From assembly GCA_963675745.2 (NCBI GenBank), contig CAXXWX010000007.1:64001-128000 (forward strand): a stretch of 64,000 nt of DNA, read 5' to 3'. Shown piece after piece: positions 29,316 through 37,782 of this stretch. Position 1 is the stretch's first letter; every line of letters starts with the position of its first letter. The position numbers were made by a program, and so were the translations under genes. The notes under the pieces are model-generated. The model made no database searches, had not been told where the DNA came from, and saw only the letters and a program-made list of their open reading frames with translations. This DNA comes from Phycisphaerae bacterium (lineage in GTDB: Bacteria > Planctomycetota > Phycisphaerae > UBA1845 > Fen-1342).

Positions 29316-30503
29316 CTACCATTCGTTCCTGATGAGTACATGGAGCAAATGAACCTGCTTCTCGGCTTGCTGGTCGTCGCCGCGCGGCGGTAACGACACA
29401 TGGCACAGGATGCGATCGGCGGTTGTTTTGTCGCCGTCCAACATCTCCGCCAGCGTGCTCTCGCCGCCCAGCTCCCACTGAATCCTGCGGTTGCCACCAA
29501 TGCCGAGCTCCTTACGCAGCTCCGGCAGCCACTCGGCGACGTCGAGCACGACGGGCTGATCCTTGAAGTTCTCGATCTCGTACTTGACCACGATGTCGTA
29601 GTCGTGCAGATCGCCGAAGACGCGCCTCTTTTGAAAGCGATCGATGGTGCGTTTGACCACGATGTCTTTGGCGACGCCCAGGTACAGCTCCATCTCGTCA
29701 TCGCGCGGCGTGAACTCGCCCCAATCCTCGCCGATGAAGGCGGTCGTGCCGCGCCCGTCGTCCTGGAAGATGCGCACCTTGCCAAACATAAGTGGAAAGC
29801 GACCCAGGCCGTGGGCGGCGTCATTCTTCAGCACGTAGTGCATCGGGATACGCAGTTGCTGTTTGCCGGCGTTGAGATATCCATGCACGGCCAGATCGGC
29901 GGTGTAGGTTTTCTTGATGGGGACGTCCACGAACTTGGCCGCGAGCATGCGCTTGGTTTCGTTGATACCGATCGGCCGCTCGAAACGCTCGCCGAAGCCG
30001 GCCCACATGCCCGCCGTGCCGAATTCCTCGTTGGCGTTGTTGTGAAGCTGGATGTACTGCCAGAGCGTGAGCGTCTTCTCGTCGTGGGCGGCGACGGCGC
30101 GATAGGCAAACGACTTATCGAGCTGCCCGATGATGTAGCTGATGCGCACCCGGGCCGGACCCGACGCGGGGGCATAGACTTCCCAGGTGAGGGCATTTTC
30201 GTTCGGCGGGTACGATGCTGAAATGACCTTGATGTTCTCCGGGTCGGTCAGACAGCGTAGCTGGATGCTGTGCTTGTCAATTGCGGCGATCGCCCAGGCG
30301 AAGACGACCTCATTGGCACCGGCCACCAGCGGCACGATGCGCTCCTCTTCGACAAGCGTCACCTGGGGATTATCAAGCTGCACCTCGACCCGCTCGCGCA
30401 CCGGCAGCGTGATCAACTTGATCCCGGCCAGCGCAGGCGCCGCCAGGCCGACCCCGATAACCAAGACGATTGCTGCCGCTTTGGTAAAGCTGCAAGTTTT
30501 CAT
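29316..30503 (-). CDS. DUF4139-type secreted protein (paralog of downstream gene)
   Basis: Signal peptide; TLVEEER, L.N....GLG.FPL..GKVRIF, Y.IENFK..PV.L.V.E; GGAGG RBS before ATG 30503. Confidence 0.8.
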   Translation of the reverse strand: MKTCSFTKAAAIVLVIGVGLAAPALAGIKLITLPVRERVEVQLDNPQVTLVEEERIVPLVAGANEVVFAWAIAAIDKHSIQLRCLTDPENIKVISASYPPNENALTWEVYAPASGPARVRISYIIGQLDKSFAYRAVAAHDEKTLTLWQYIQLHNNANEEFGTAGMWAGFGERFERPIGINETKRMLAAKFVDVPIKKTYTADLAVHGYLNAGKQQLRIPMHYVLKNDAAHGLGRFPLMFGKVRIFQDDGRGTTAFIGEDWGEFTPRDDEMELYLGVAKDIVVKRTIDRFQKRRVFGDLHDYDIVVKYEIENFKDQPVVLDVAEWLPELRKELGIGGNRRIQWELGGESTLAEMLDGDKTTADRILCHVSLPPRGDDQQAEKQVHLLHVLIRNEW

Positions 30504-30789
30504 CGCCGCACCTCCGCACAAGCGTGATTGAAAAGCCCACTTGAAAGCACCTCGGCACACCGCCGCGGCTCCTTGGCGTGGCGTGCCAGAGGTTAGTCGC
30601 ACAAAGGCGCTGAAGGTTCCCGAGATTCAGGCCGGGTGCTCCATGGGTGCCTGGTGGTTGCAGAGGGTGCCCCTCGGCTCGCCGTGGGGGACGGATGGCG
30701 GTCAGTGCGCGCAAAGACGCGGGCGGTTCGTGATCGAACCGCCCGCGCCGTGCTCACTGTCAACCCAGCAGGAGAAATCTGTCGAGGGC

Positions 30790-31338
30790 CTATCTCCGAT
30801 AGCCGCGGATCACGGCCCGGCTTGTGCGGAGGTGTGCGCTGCGCGTCGCGCGGTAGTCGCGGGAGTGCGTGACAGCAATCACTCGCCCGTGGCCGGAGGT
30901 CTTGCCGGTGGCGATCGACGCGGCACCGGTGCGATGGCGGCTTGCATACGTGCTGCCGCTGGTGGCGACCTGCTTGTCACGCCCGCCGTTGGCGGCAGAG
31001 AGCCCGAAGCTGACGGAGTTTCCGCCGTCGCGATTGATGCTCATGTTGAAATTGGTGGCGATGGCGGGCCCGTTCTTGGGCGCGATGGCGTTGCTGACCG
31101 AGATGCTCAGGCCATCCCGGTCGGCGCCGACCGCCACGCCGCGGGCGATGTTGACGTTACCGGTGCGCGTGTCGGTGCGGGCGTAGCCTTTGTCGCCGGT
31201 ATAGCTGGCGGTCGCGCCGGCGTTGCCGCCGCTGTAGCGGTTGTAGCCGGCGGTGGCGGAGGTCGAGGCGTCGCTGGCGTAAGCTGCGGATGCCGTCAGA
31301 AAAGCAAAGGTCGCGAAAGTGGCAGTCAGGCGTTTCAT
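30790..31338 (-). CDS. Secreted Gly/Ser/Ala/Thr-rich beta-strand protein, unknown function
   Basis: Signal peptide MKRL...AAYA; AAGGAG upstream; coding-like codon use. Confidence 0.72.
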   Translation of the reverse strand: MKRLTATFATFAFLTASAAYASDASTSATAGYNRYSGGNAGATASYTGDKGYARTDTRTGNVNIARGVAVGADRDGLSISVSNAIAPKNGPAIATNFNMSINRDGGNSVSFGLSAANGGRDKQVATSGSTYASRHRTGAASIATGKTSGHGRVIAVTHSRDYRATRSAHLRTSRAVIRGYRR

Positions 31339-31443
31339 TTCATGGCTCCTTGTGGGTTGCAAGTGCTGTCGTCGGGAGGGGGCGGGCGTGGGCCGCCCCC
31401 CGAGGGCCGCGCCAGGTACCATTGCCCGACGCGGCCGGGCGAA

Positions 31444-31468
31444 TCACCGGTTGAAAACCGGTGCCACA
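31444..31468. repeat. REP-like hairpin TCACCGGTTGAAAACCGGTGCCACA (related copy 55938..55961)
   Basis: Near-identical hairpin at two intergenic sites. Confidence 0.7.
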
Positions 31469-31475
31469 TTACGCA

Positions 31476-32192
31476 TTACGGTCGCACGCTGATCATCATC
31501 GCGCTGGAGTTGCTGCGGCCGAAACGGGCCGCCCGACTCTCCGCGTGTACATCAGCCCGGCTGTGGCGGTAGTAGCGACTGGAACTGATACCAACACCGT
31601 CAGCCGTTGCCCGGGCGCGGTAGCCGGCGTCGCTGAGCACCTTCACGCGACTGTCCGCGTGTCCGCCAACCGAATTCGAGAGCGCGTCACTGACGCTGCT
31701 CGCCCGACCGCCGAGGTAGCCGCGGCTCACGGCCCGGCTGTCGCTCGTCGCGACGCCATAGATGCTCAGCGCCGTCGAGGTCGACCGGCTGTGCGCCCGG
31801 CCGTAGAGCGTCCCTTCGGAGCGGGCCTCGCTGTTGCTGATGGCCACTCCGCCAACGGTCGCGGCGATGCTCTCACTGTCCGCGACGGCCCGGCCGCCGT
31901 ACGTTCCACGGGCATCGGCAACGGAATTACTGATCGCCAGCCCGTGATCGGCGGTGGCGACCGACGTGCTGTCGGCCGCGCCGCGGCGATTGGCGTATGC
32001 CTGGCTGGTGGCGATCGCGCGTCCGCCGTTGGTGGCCCCGGAGATCGCCGTGGAGTTCGAATTGCCGGTGGCGGTCGCGATCGACGTGGCGCTGCCGCCG
32101 TTGCTGGAGACCGAGATGGCGGTGGCTTGACCAGCCAGCGCGGTCGTTGCCAGCATGCCCAGTCCGAGCGTGATTGAGAGGAAACGTCGCAT
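31476..32192 (-). CDS. Secreted Ala/Ser/Gly-rich protein built of imperfect 12-16 aa repeats
   Basis: Signal peptide MRRF...ALA; AAAGGAG RBS; repeating G-x-A-x-S-x-S-x-A-x-(S/A). Confidence 0.78.
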   Translation of the reverse strand: MRRFLSITLGLGMLATTALAGQATAISVSSNGGSATSIATATGNSNSTAISGATNGGRAIATSQAYANRRGAADSTSVATADHGLAISNSVADARGTYGGRAVADSESIAATVGGVAISNSEARSEGTLYGRAHSRSTSTALSIYGVATSDSRAVSRGYLGGRASSVSDALSNSVGGHADSRVKVLSDAGYRARATADGVGISSSRYYRHSRADVHAESRAARFGRSNSSAMMISVRP

Positions 32193-32253
32193 GGTAGCAC
32201 TCCTTTCAATGTGCCGCGGCTTGTCGGCCGCGTGGTTGCGTTCATCACTGGTG

Positions 32254-32281
32254 CAGACGCGGCTGATGGGGCGGGTATTCA
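32254..32281 (-). promoter_or_regulatory. Candidate ECF-sigma promoter TGAATA-N16-CGTCTG
   Basis: ECF-like -35/-10 spacing about 60 nt upstream of ATG 32192; mirrored on + strand at 32350..32377. Confidence 0.5.
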
Positions 32282-32348
32282 TCCGGGTGGGCGAAAAAGC
32301 GGTCGATTGGCGGTATTCTGATGTCCGTCAGATTTTTCCGCAGATTGT

Positions 32349-32954
32349 GTGAATAGTGTGAATCGCTCGATCGTCGATACGCCGGAAGTGCAGAGTCTCA
32401 TCGCGGACGCCGCCCGCGGCGACCAGGATGCGCAGCGCGTGCTGTTTGAGCGTTATCGCGAAGCGGCGTATCGCGTGGCGTACCGCGTTACCGGACGCGA
32501 CGCCGACGCCCTCGACATCGTCCAGGACAGCTTCATCAAGATGTTTCAACGCCTGGGCGATTTTCGGGGCACCAGCAGCCTGAAGACCTGGCTGCTGCGG
32601 ATCGTTACCAACCGGGCGCTCGACGTCGTGCGCGGCCGCAAGGTGCGGCTGGCGGTCTCGCTGGACGGCGACGACGAGCGCGGCATCGAGCCGCCGGACC
32701 CGAAGGCGTCGCCCGCGCCGTCGCGCGGCATTGAGAGTCGCGAGACCGTTGAACGCATCCGAGCGGCGATAGATCGACTGCCGCCGGAACAGCGTGCTGT
32801 TATGGCGCTTTACGCCAGTGGCGAGATGACATACGGCGAGATTGCTGAAGTTCTGGGTATTCCCGCCGGCACCGTGATGAGCCGGTTGTATCACGCGCGG
32901 CGTAGGCTTCAGGAAATGCTGCCCGAATACGGCAGTAAGGACCAGCCGGCGTGA
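32349..32954 (+). CDS. ECF RNA polymerase sigma factor (start uncertain, possibly GTG 32388)
   Basis: DA.DIVQD.F.K, F...SSLKTWL.RI..N, TY.EIAEVLGIP.GTVMSRL.HARRRL. Confidence 0.94.
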   Translation: MNSVNRSIVDTPEVQSLIADAARGDQDAQRVLFERYREAAYRVAYRVTGRDADALDIVQDSFIKMFQRLGDFRGTSSLKTWLLRIVTNRALDVVRGRKVRLAVSLDGDDERGIEPPDPKASPAPSRGIESRETVERIRAAIDRLPPEQRAVMALYASGEMTYGEIAEVLGIPAGTVMSRLYHARRRLQEMLPEYGSKDQPA

Positions 32955-33009
32955 CCTCGCAGCGGCATGAGACAAACACTGCCCCGAGCGTCAGCGACGG
33001 GCCGGATCG

Positions 33010-33495
33010 ATGGATATGACTTCGCAATCGCGAAAAACCGAGGAGCTGCTGGAACTGGTGGCACGCGATCGGCTAGACGAGCTTACGCCGGACGAAGTGA
33101 CGCGTCTGGAAGCTGTGGCGGATGCTGATCCGCGCGTTGAGGCTCGACTGGCGGGGCTCGCGGCCGGCGGCCGAGCGTTGGCTGATGCGCCGCTGCCCTC
33201 AACGGCGCAGTGGGAACAGGTCTGGCAGGCGATTGACGCGGCGCGGCCGGCGTCCAAACGCCGCGCGCGGTTCTGGTTCAGCCCTGTGGCAATCGCGGCG
33301 GCGATCGCGATGTTCGTTGTCTGGTCGTTCCCCTGGTCGCACGGGCACGAGGTTGGCTGGGCACTCAGGCTCGACGCGAATGCCGAGATTGTCGAACTGG
33401 AGACGTTTGGCGGCGAGTTGCCGTTCGTGGTATCGGCCGGTGACAACGGCGGGTTCCCCGTGATCTGGGTCATGGATGAATCTGAAGGAGTGTGA
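33010..33495 (+). CDS. Putative membrane anti-sigma factor
   Basis: Directly follows ECF gene; cytoplasmic N-domain, one TM helix, small outer domain; no HxxxCxxC zinc motif. Confidence 0.72.
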   Translation: MDMTSQSRKTEELLELVARDRLDELTPDEVTRLEAVADADPRVEARLAGLAAGGRALADAPLPSTAQWEQVWQAIDAARPASKRRARFWFSPVAIAAAIAMFVVWSFPWSHGHEVGWALRLDANAEIVELETFGGELPFVVSAGDNGGFPVIWVMDESEGV

Positions 33496-33959
33496 TGATG
33501 AGACAGACGGCAACGATGCTCTGCGCCGCGGCGGTCTTGCTCGCGGCAGTTCCGCGTGCCAACGCGGCTGGCTCCGACACCGTTCAGCTTCAGGTGCTGG
33601 CCATCCAGGCCACCACCAAGAACAAGGATATCTCGCCGCAGCTTAAACAGATCGCCGCGCAACTCAAGAAGCAGTTCAAATACACCGGGTTCAAGCTGGT
33701 CGGACGCAGCACCGGCGCGGCGAAGCTCAGCGCCACGCACACGGCGAAACTCCCCGGCGGTTACGAGATGAAGCTGACGCCGCTCAAACGTGAAGCCACG
33801 CGGATTCAGATCAAGATCGAAGTGACGCAGGTGCAGCATGGCAAGCGCAGCATCAAGCTGCGCACCACCGTGTGGCTGACGCCGGGTAAGACCATGCTCG
33901 TGGGTGGCTGGCAGCTTTCCGGGGGAGACGTGCTCATCGCTGGTTTTTCAGCGAAGTAG
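33495..33959 (+). CDS. Basic secreted protein, third gene of ECF operon
   Basis: Signal peptide ending ANA; AAGGAG RBS; C-terminal TTV.L.PG.T.LVGG. Confidence 0.75.
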   Translation: MMRQTATMLCAAAVLLAAVPRANAAGSDTVQLQVLAIQATTKNKDISPQLKQIAAQLKKQFKYTGFKLVGRSTGAAKLSATHTAKLPGGYEMKLTPLKREATRIQIKIEVTQVQHGKRSIKLRTTVWLTPGKTMLVGGWQLSGGDVLIAGFSAK

Positions 33960-33965
33960 GCGAGT

Positions 33966-34250
33966 GTAACGGCCTGCGCCTCGCAGGCCGCATGAAGCAG
34001 GCAGTGCTTCCTCACGCCATACGACCGGCGAGGCGCCGGCCGCCACAACGCGTAGCCGCGGGGCGCCGGCTGCTACGACGGGTAGCTACGAGGCAGCTTC
34101 TCGGTTTCGAGAGAGATAGGCGGGTGAGTGCAAAGTAACGGCCTGCGCCTCGCAGGCCGCATGAAGCAGGCAGTGCTTCCTCACGCCATACGGCCGGCGA
34201 GGCGCCGGCCGCTACAGCGCGTAGCCGCGGGGCGCCGGCCGCTACAACGG
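33966..34250. repeat. Two 116-bp direct repeats (33966..34081, 34135..34250) made of REP-like hairpins
   Basis: 169-bp offset; CGGCCTGCG-CCT-CGCAGGCCG and CGGCCGGCG-AGG-CGCCGGCCG; related hairpin at about 41954..41980. Confidence 0.9.
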
Positions 34251-34279
34251 CAAGCCGCTGGGTGCGACGCGAGCGACTG

Positions 34280-35446
34280 TCAGGCTTTGCCCGCGCGTAC
34301 CACGAGTTGCCCCGGGAGCCGCCGGATCAAGCCCTTGAGCTCCAAACCGGTCAACGCGGCCAGAACGTCGCCCGGGGGCAGATCGGCGGCGGCCATGACG
34401 GCATCCTGAAGCATGGCATCGAATCCGACCACGTTGAACACGCGCGATTCCGCCGCGGTCAGTTGCACAGTCGGCGGCGTCGATGCCGAGCCGGCCGGCG
34501 GGGGCTCCGCCGGCGCGCTGTCGGGCGGGTTCAGTTTCACGTGCATCATGTAACCGAGTTCGCCAAGCTCGCCCAGGATGTCTTCAAGGCACGTAACCAG
34601 CTTGCCGATTCCATCACGAATCAATACGTTCGTGCCGGCGGCGGCAGGTTCCTGAAGCCGCCCGGGGACCACAAACACCTCGCGGTTGTAATCGTTGGCC
34701 AGACGCGCGGTGATCAGCGCACCGCTGCGCGTCGGCGCCTCGACCACCAGTGTGCCCAACGACAACCCGGCGATGATACGATTGCGGGTGGGGAAGTTCT
34801 TCCGTTCAACCGACGACTGCATCGGCAACTCGCTGACCAGCGCGCCTTTTTCCATCAGCTTGGCCGCCAGGGCGCCATTCTCGGGCGGATAGATTTCGGT
34901 CAACCCGTTACCCAATACCGCGATCGAGCGGCCGCCCGCTTCAACCGCCCCGTGATGGGCGAGCGCGTCTATACCGCGCGCCAGACCACTGACCACCGTA
35001 AAGCCCGCCTGGGCCAGCAGTTCCCCGAAACGCCGGGCCTGCTCGCTGCCATAGATCGAGCAGCGGCGGGTGCCGACGATGGCAATCGCGATCGCATCAG
35101 TCCGGCGTAGCTCACCCTTGACGTAGAGGACGATGGGCGGGTCGGCGATGCGCTTGAGTGCCTCGGGATACTCCTCATCGGCGGCGCAGATGATCCGCAC
35201 GCCATGTTGCCCGGCCAAGCTGATCTCGGGCTCGATATCAACGGTATGCCGCTGGCGTGCGACGTTGTCCGCCTTGTTCGGCCCGATCCGCGACACTTGT
35301 CCGAGCTGCTGCGCCGATACCCCGAGCGCCTGCTCGGCGTCGCCGAACTGCCGCTGAATCCGGTCGAACGTGATTGGTCCGACGCCCTCAACGAGTGACC
35401 AACGCAGGTGAACGCGCCCGATTTCGGAGATGATCTCACTCATCAA
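34280..35446 (-). CDS. dprA: DNA-processing protein DprA
   Basis: YP..L..I.DPP.VLY.KG, IAIVGTR, VVSGLARGID..AH, FP.RNRII.GLS, SGALITA. Confidence 0.96.
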   Translation of the reverse strand: MMSEIISEIGRVHLRWSLVEGVGPITFDRIQRQFGDAEQALGVSAQQLGQVSRIGPNKADNVARQRHTVDIEPEISLAGQHGVRIICAADEEYPEALKRIADPPIVLYVKGELRRTDAIAIAIVGTRRCSIYGSEQARRFGELLAQAGFTVVSGLARGIDALAHHGAVEAGGRSIAVLGNGLTEIYPPENGALAAKLMEKGALVSELPMQSSVERKNFPTRNRIIAGLSLGTLVVEAPTRSGALITARLANDYNREVFVVPGRLQEPAAAGTNVLIRDGIGKLVTCLEDILGELGELGYMMHVKLNPPDSAPAEPPPAGSASTPPTVQLTAAESRVFNVVGFDAMLQDAVMAAADLPPGDVLAALTGLELKGLIRRLPGQLVVRAGKA

Positions 35447-35466
35447 TACCCCTCGCAGGCACGCTG

Positions 35467-37782
35467 TCAGTCAGCCTGCTTCCGATATGCGTGGCAGAAA
35501 GTCTGCCCGCCTCGTAGCGTAAACTTCTCGCCGGAGATCATAACCGGCAAGTCGATCTGTTGCCCATCGGCGACATCAACGCGGACTTCGTCACGGTTGA
35601 GCGCGACGCTGCACACAACGCCGCGCAGCACCAGCTTGAAGCGCAGACCGTGCCAGCATGGCGGCAGGTTGGGGTTGATTCTCAGCCCCTGGTCGGACAA
35701 GTGGACACCGCCGAAACCGAAGACCGCCGCCATCCACGCACCACCGGCCGCCGTGCCGTGCAGGCCGGCGTATGTGTCTTTGCGCCCGGTCAGGTCTTCA
35801 TCAAGATCGGCGCCCGCGGTAATCAGGAACTCCTGATACGCGCGCTCGAGGTCTCCCATGTCGGCGGCCATGATCGCATTCAGAGCGTGGCTCATCGAGG
35901 AGAAGTTCATGCTCTTGTCTTTGTAGAACTCCCAGTTGGCCCGCCGCACATCCTCCGGGAACTCGTCGCGGAAGAGCACATGCGCCATTACCACGTCGGG
36001 CTGATTCAGGGCCTGGTATGGGTAGACCTGCTCAAACCACACCGCGCGCTCACGCTCGAATCGTGGTGGCACCGGCTTGAGCGCGTAAAACCCCGCGCAT
36101 TGTTCGAAGATGTTGCTTTCCGCATCGAATAGCAGCGTCAGCCGACCCGCAATATCCCACCACGTGCTGGTTTCGTCAGGTGCGAGCGCGAGCCGCTCGG
36201 CGACGGCGGCGTAGGTTTCCGGGGATGAGCCGCGCAGGGCTTCCAACACATGCGCCGCCCAGCTCAGATTCCGCCGCGCCAGGTAATTCGTGTAAAAGTC
36301 GCTAGCGACCCCGACGTGTCCCTCGTCCGGGCCGGTCACGTTTTGCAGATCGTAGGCCTGGCGCGTCTTGTCGTGCGTGACACGCGATGCGTAAAAGCGC
36401 GCCGTCTCGACGAGAACATCCACGCCGCGCTCGTGCATGAATACTTCGTCGCCGGTCGCCTGGTGATACTGCATCAGGCTGTAGACGACGTCCGCGTTTA
36501 TGTGGATGTTCGTGTGCGTGAATTTCCACCAGTCGCCCAGGCACTCTTCGCCGCACGGGCCCGCCTGCCAGGCGAACTTCGCCCCGCGGCAGCCGAGGGC
36601 ACCGGCGATGGCGCGCCCCGCCTCGAGTCCCAGGTAGCGGGCGTGCAGCGCGCCGCGCGCCAGCTCGGGAAACGTGAAGAGATACGCCGGCGTGATGTAC
36701 AGATCGGTGTCGTAGAACGTGTTGCCCTGGTAGTACTCCCCGGTCAGCAGCTTCACCGGCACGGTCAGCTTGTCGGTGTGCCACGGTGCCGCCGCGAAGA
36801 GATGGTAAAGGCAAAAACGCAAATGCTGTTGCGCCAAGTCGTCCCCGTCGATCTCGACGTCACCACGCTCCCACACCCGTCCCCAGGCCCGGCGCTGCTC
36901 GGCCAACGCCTCGTCATAACCCGTCGCATGTGCGTCACTGAGCTCCTCGGCGGCATCGATCAGGGCACCATGACGCTCGTCCTCGGAACACGACAGCACG
37001 ACGGCGCGATCCAGCGTGATCGGTTGCTGAGTCGGCGTGAACACGTACTCGGTATACACGCGCCCGTGCTCGATTACGCCACGCACCTCGGGGGCGCCGT
37101 CGCTTACAAACGTGTGTTGAACCGCCAACTCGACCACATGGCCGCGCGCGGGTGTGCGCACGTTCATGATGCACCGGGCACCGGGCGTCGCCGCGCGTTC
37201 GGTGATGGCGAATTGTCGTTGCCCGGTGGTGTTTGAGTGCACCTCGCCGTCGATGCCGCTCAGCAGGCGGACCGGTGCCGTATGGTCCAGCGCGGTGACG
37301 GTGTAGCGCATGTGCAGTTGATGAACGCGTGTCAGCGAGGCGAAACGCGTCATTGAAATGCGCGTGGCGCGATTGTGCCTGTCACGGACATCCAGTTCAT
37401 AGCCGTACACGCCGGTGCTGAGATCGAGCGTCTGCTCAAAACGCACTACGTCACAACGCGTCAGCGTCAGCTCTTCGTTGCCGACGAACAGACGCACGAA
37501 AAGCGGGTTTGGTAGGTTCGCCACGGCCGGGCTCGCACCGGCGGTATCGAACCTGGTCTCATCCAGATACGGCCGCGGCTGGTCCGACGGCCGAATCAGG
37601 CTGAACATGTCGAGTTCGTCATAGATCCCGGCCAGCAGGGTGACGGGGCAATAGCCGTCGCGGTCTTCAGCCACGTGGCCCTTTAGCCCCAGGTAGCCGT
37701 TGGAGACCGTAAACACGCTGTTGTGCTGCCCGAGAGCGTGGGCGTCGTGGCGGGTGTTCGTGATCTTCCAGGTATCAATCAT
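35467..37782 (-). CDS. Glycoside hydrolase family 65 protein (phosphorylase/hydrolase)
   Basis: F..SNGYLG..G, LTGE.Y.G..F.DT, HINADV, GPDE catalytic motif, G.H....GG.W...VFGFGG. Confidence 0.92.
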   Translation of the reverse strand: MIDTWKITNTRHDAHALGQHNSVFTVSNGYLGLKGHVAEDRDGYCPVTLLAGIYDELDMFSLIRPSDQPRPYLDETRFDTAGASPAVANLPNPLFVRLFVGNEELTLTRCDVVRFEQTLDLSTGVYGYELDVRDRHNRATRISMTRFASLTRVHQLHMRYTVTALDHTAPVRLLSGIDGEVHSNTTGQRQFAITERAATPGARCIMNVRTPARGHVVELAVQHTFVSDGAPEVRGVIEHGRVYTEYVFTPTQQPITLDRAVVLSCSEDERHGALIDAAEELSDAHATGYDEALAEQRRAWGRVWERGDVEIDGDDLAQQHLRFCLYHLFAAAPWHTDKLTVPVKLLTGEYYQGNTFYDTDLYITPAYLFTFPELARGALHARYLGLEAGRAIAGALGCRGAKFAWQAGPCGEECLGDWWKFTHTNIHINADVVYSLMQYHQATGDEVFMHERGVDVLVETARFYASRVTHDKTRQAYDLQNVTGPDEGHVGVASDFYTNYLARRNLSWAAHVLEALRGSSPETYAAVAERLALAPDETSTWWDIAGRLTLLFDAESNIFEQCAGFYALKPVPPRFERERAVWFEQVYPYQALNQPDVVMAHVLFRDEFPEDVRRANWEFYKDKSMNFSSMSHALNAIMAADMGDLERAYQEFLITAGADLDEDLTGRKDTYAGLHGTAAGGAWMAAVFGFGGVHLSDQGLRINPNLPPCWHGLRFKLVLRGVVCSVALNRDEVRVDVADGQQIDLPVMISGEKFTLRGGQTFCHAYRKQAD

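Noticed and set aside
29300..29824. N-terminal part of the 642-aa track ORF
   Set aside because: Overlaps the upstream DUF4139 gene in another frame; real start is ATG 29300 with a frameshift
33966..34250. CRISPR array
   Set aside because: Only two units of 116 bp, no repeat-spacer periodicity and no cas genes
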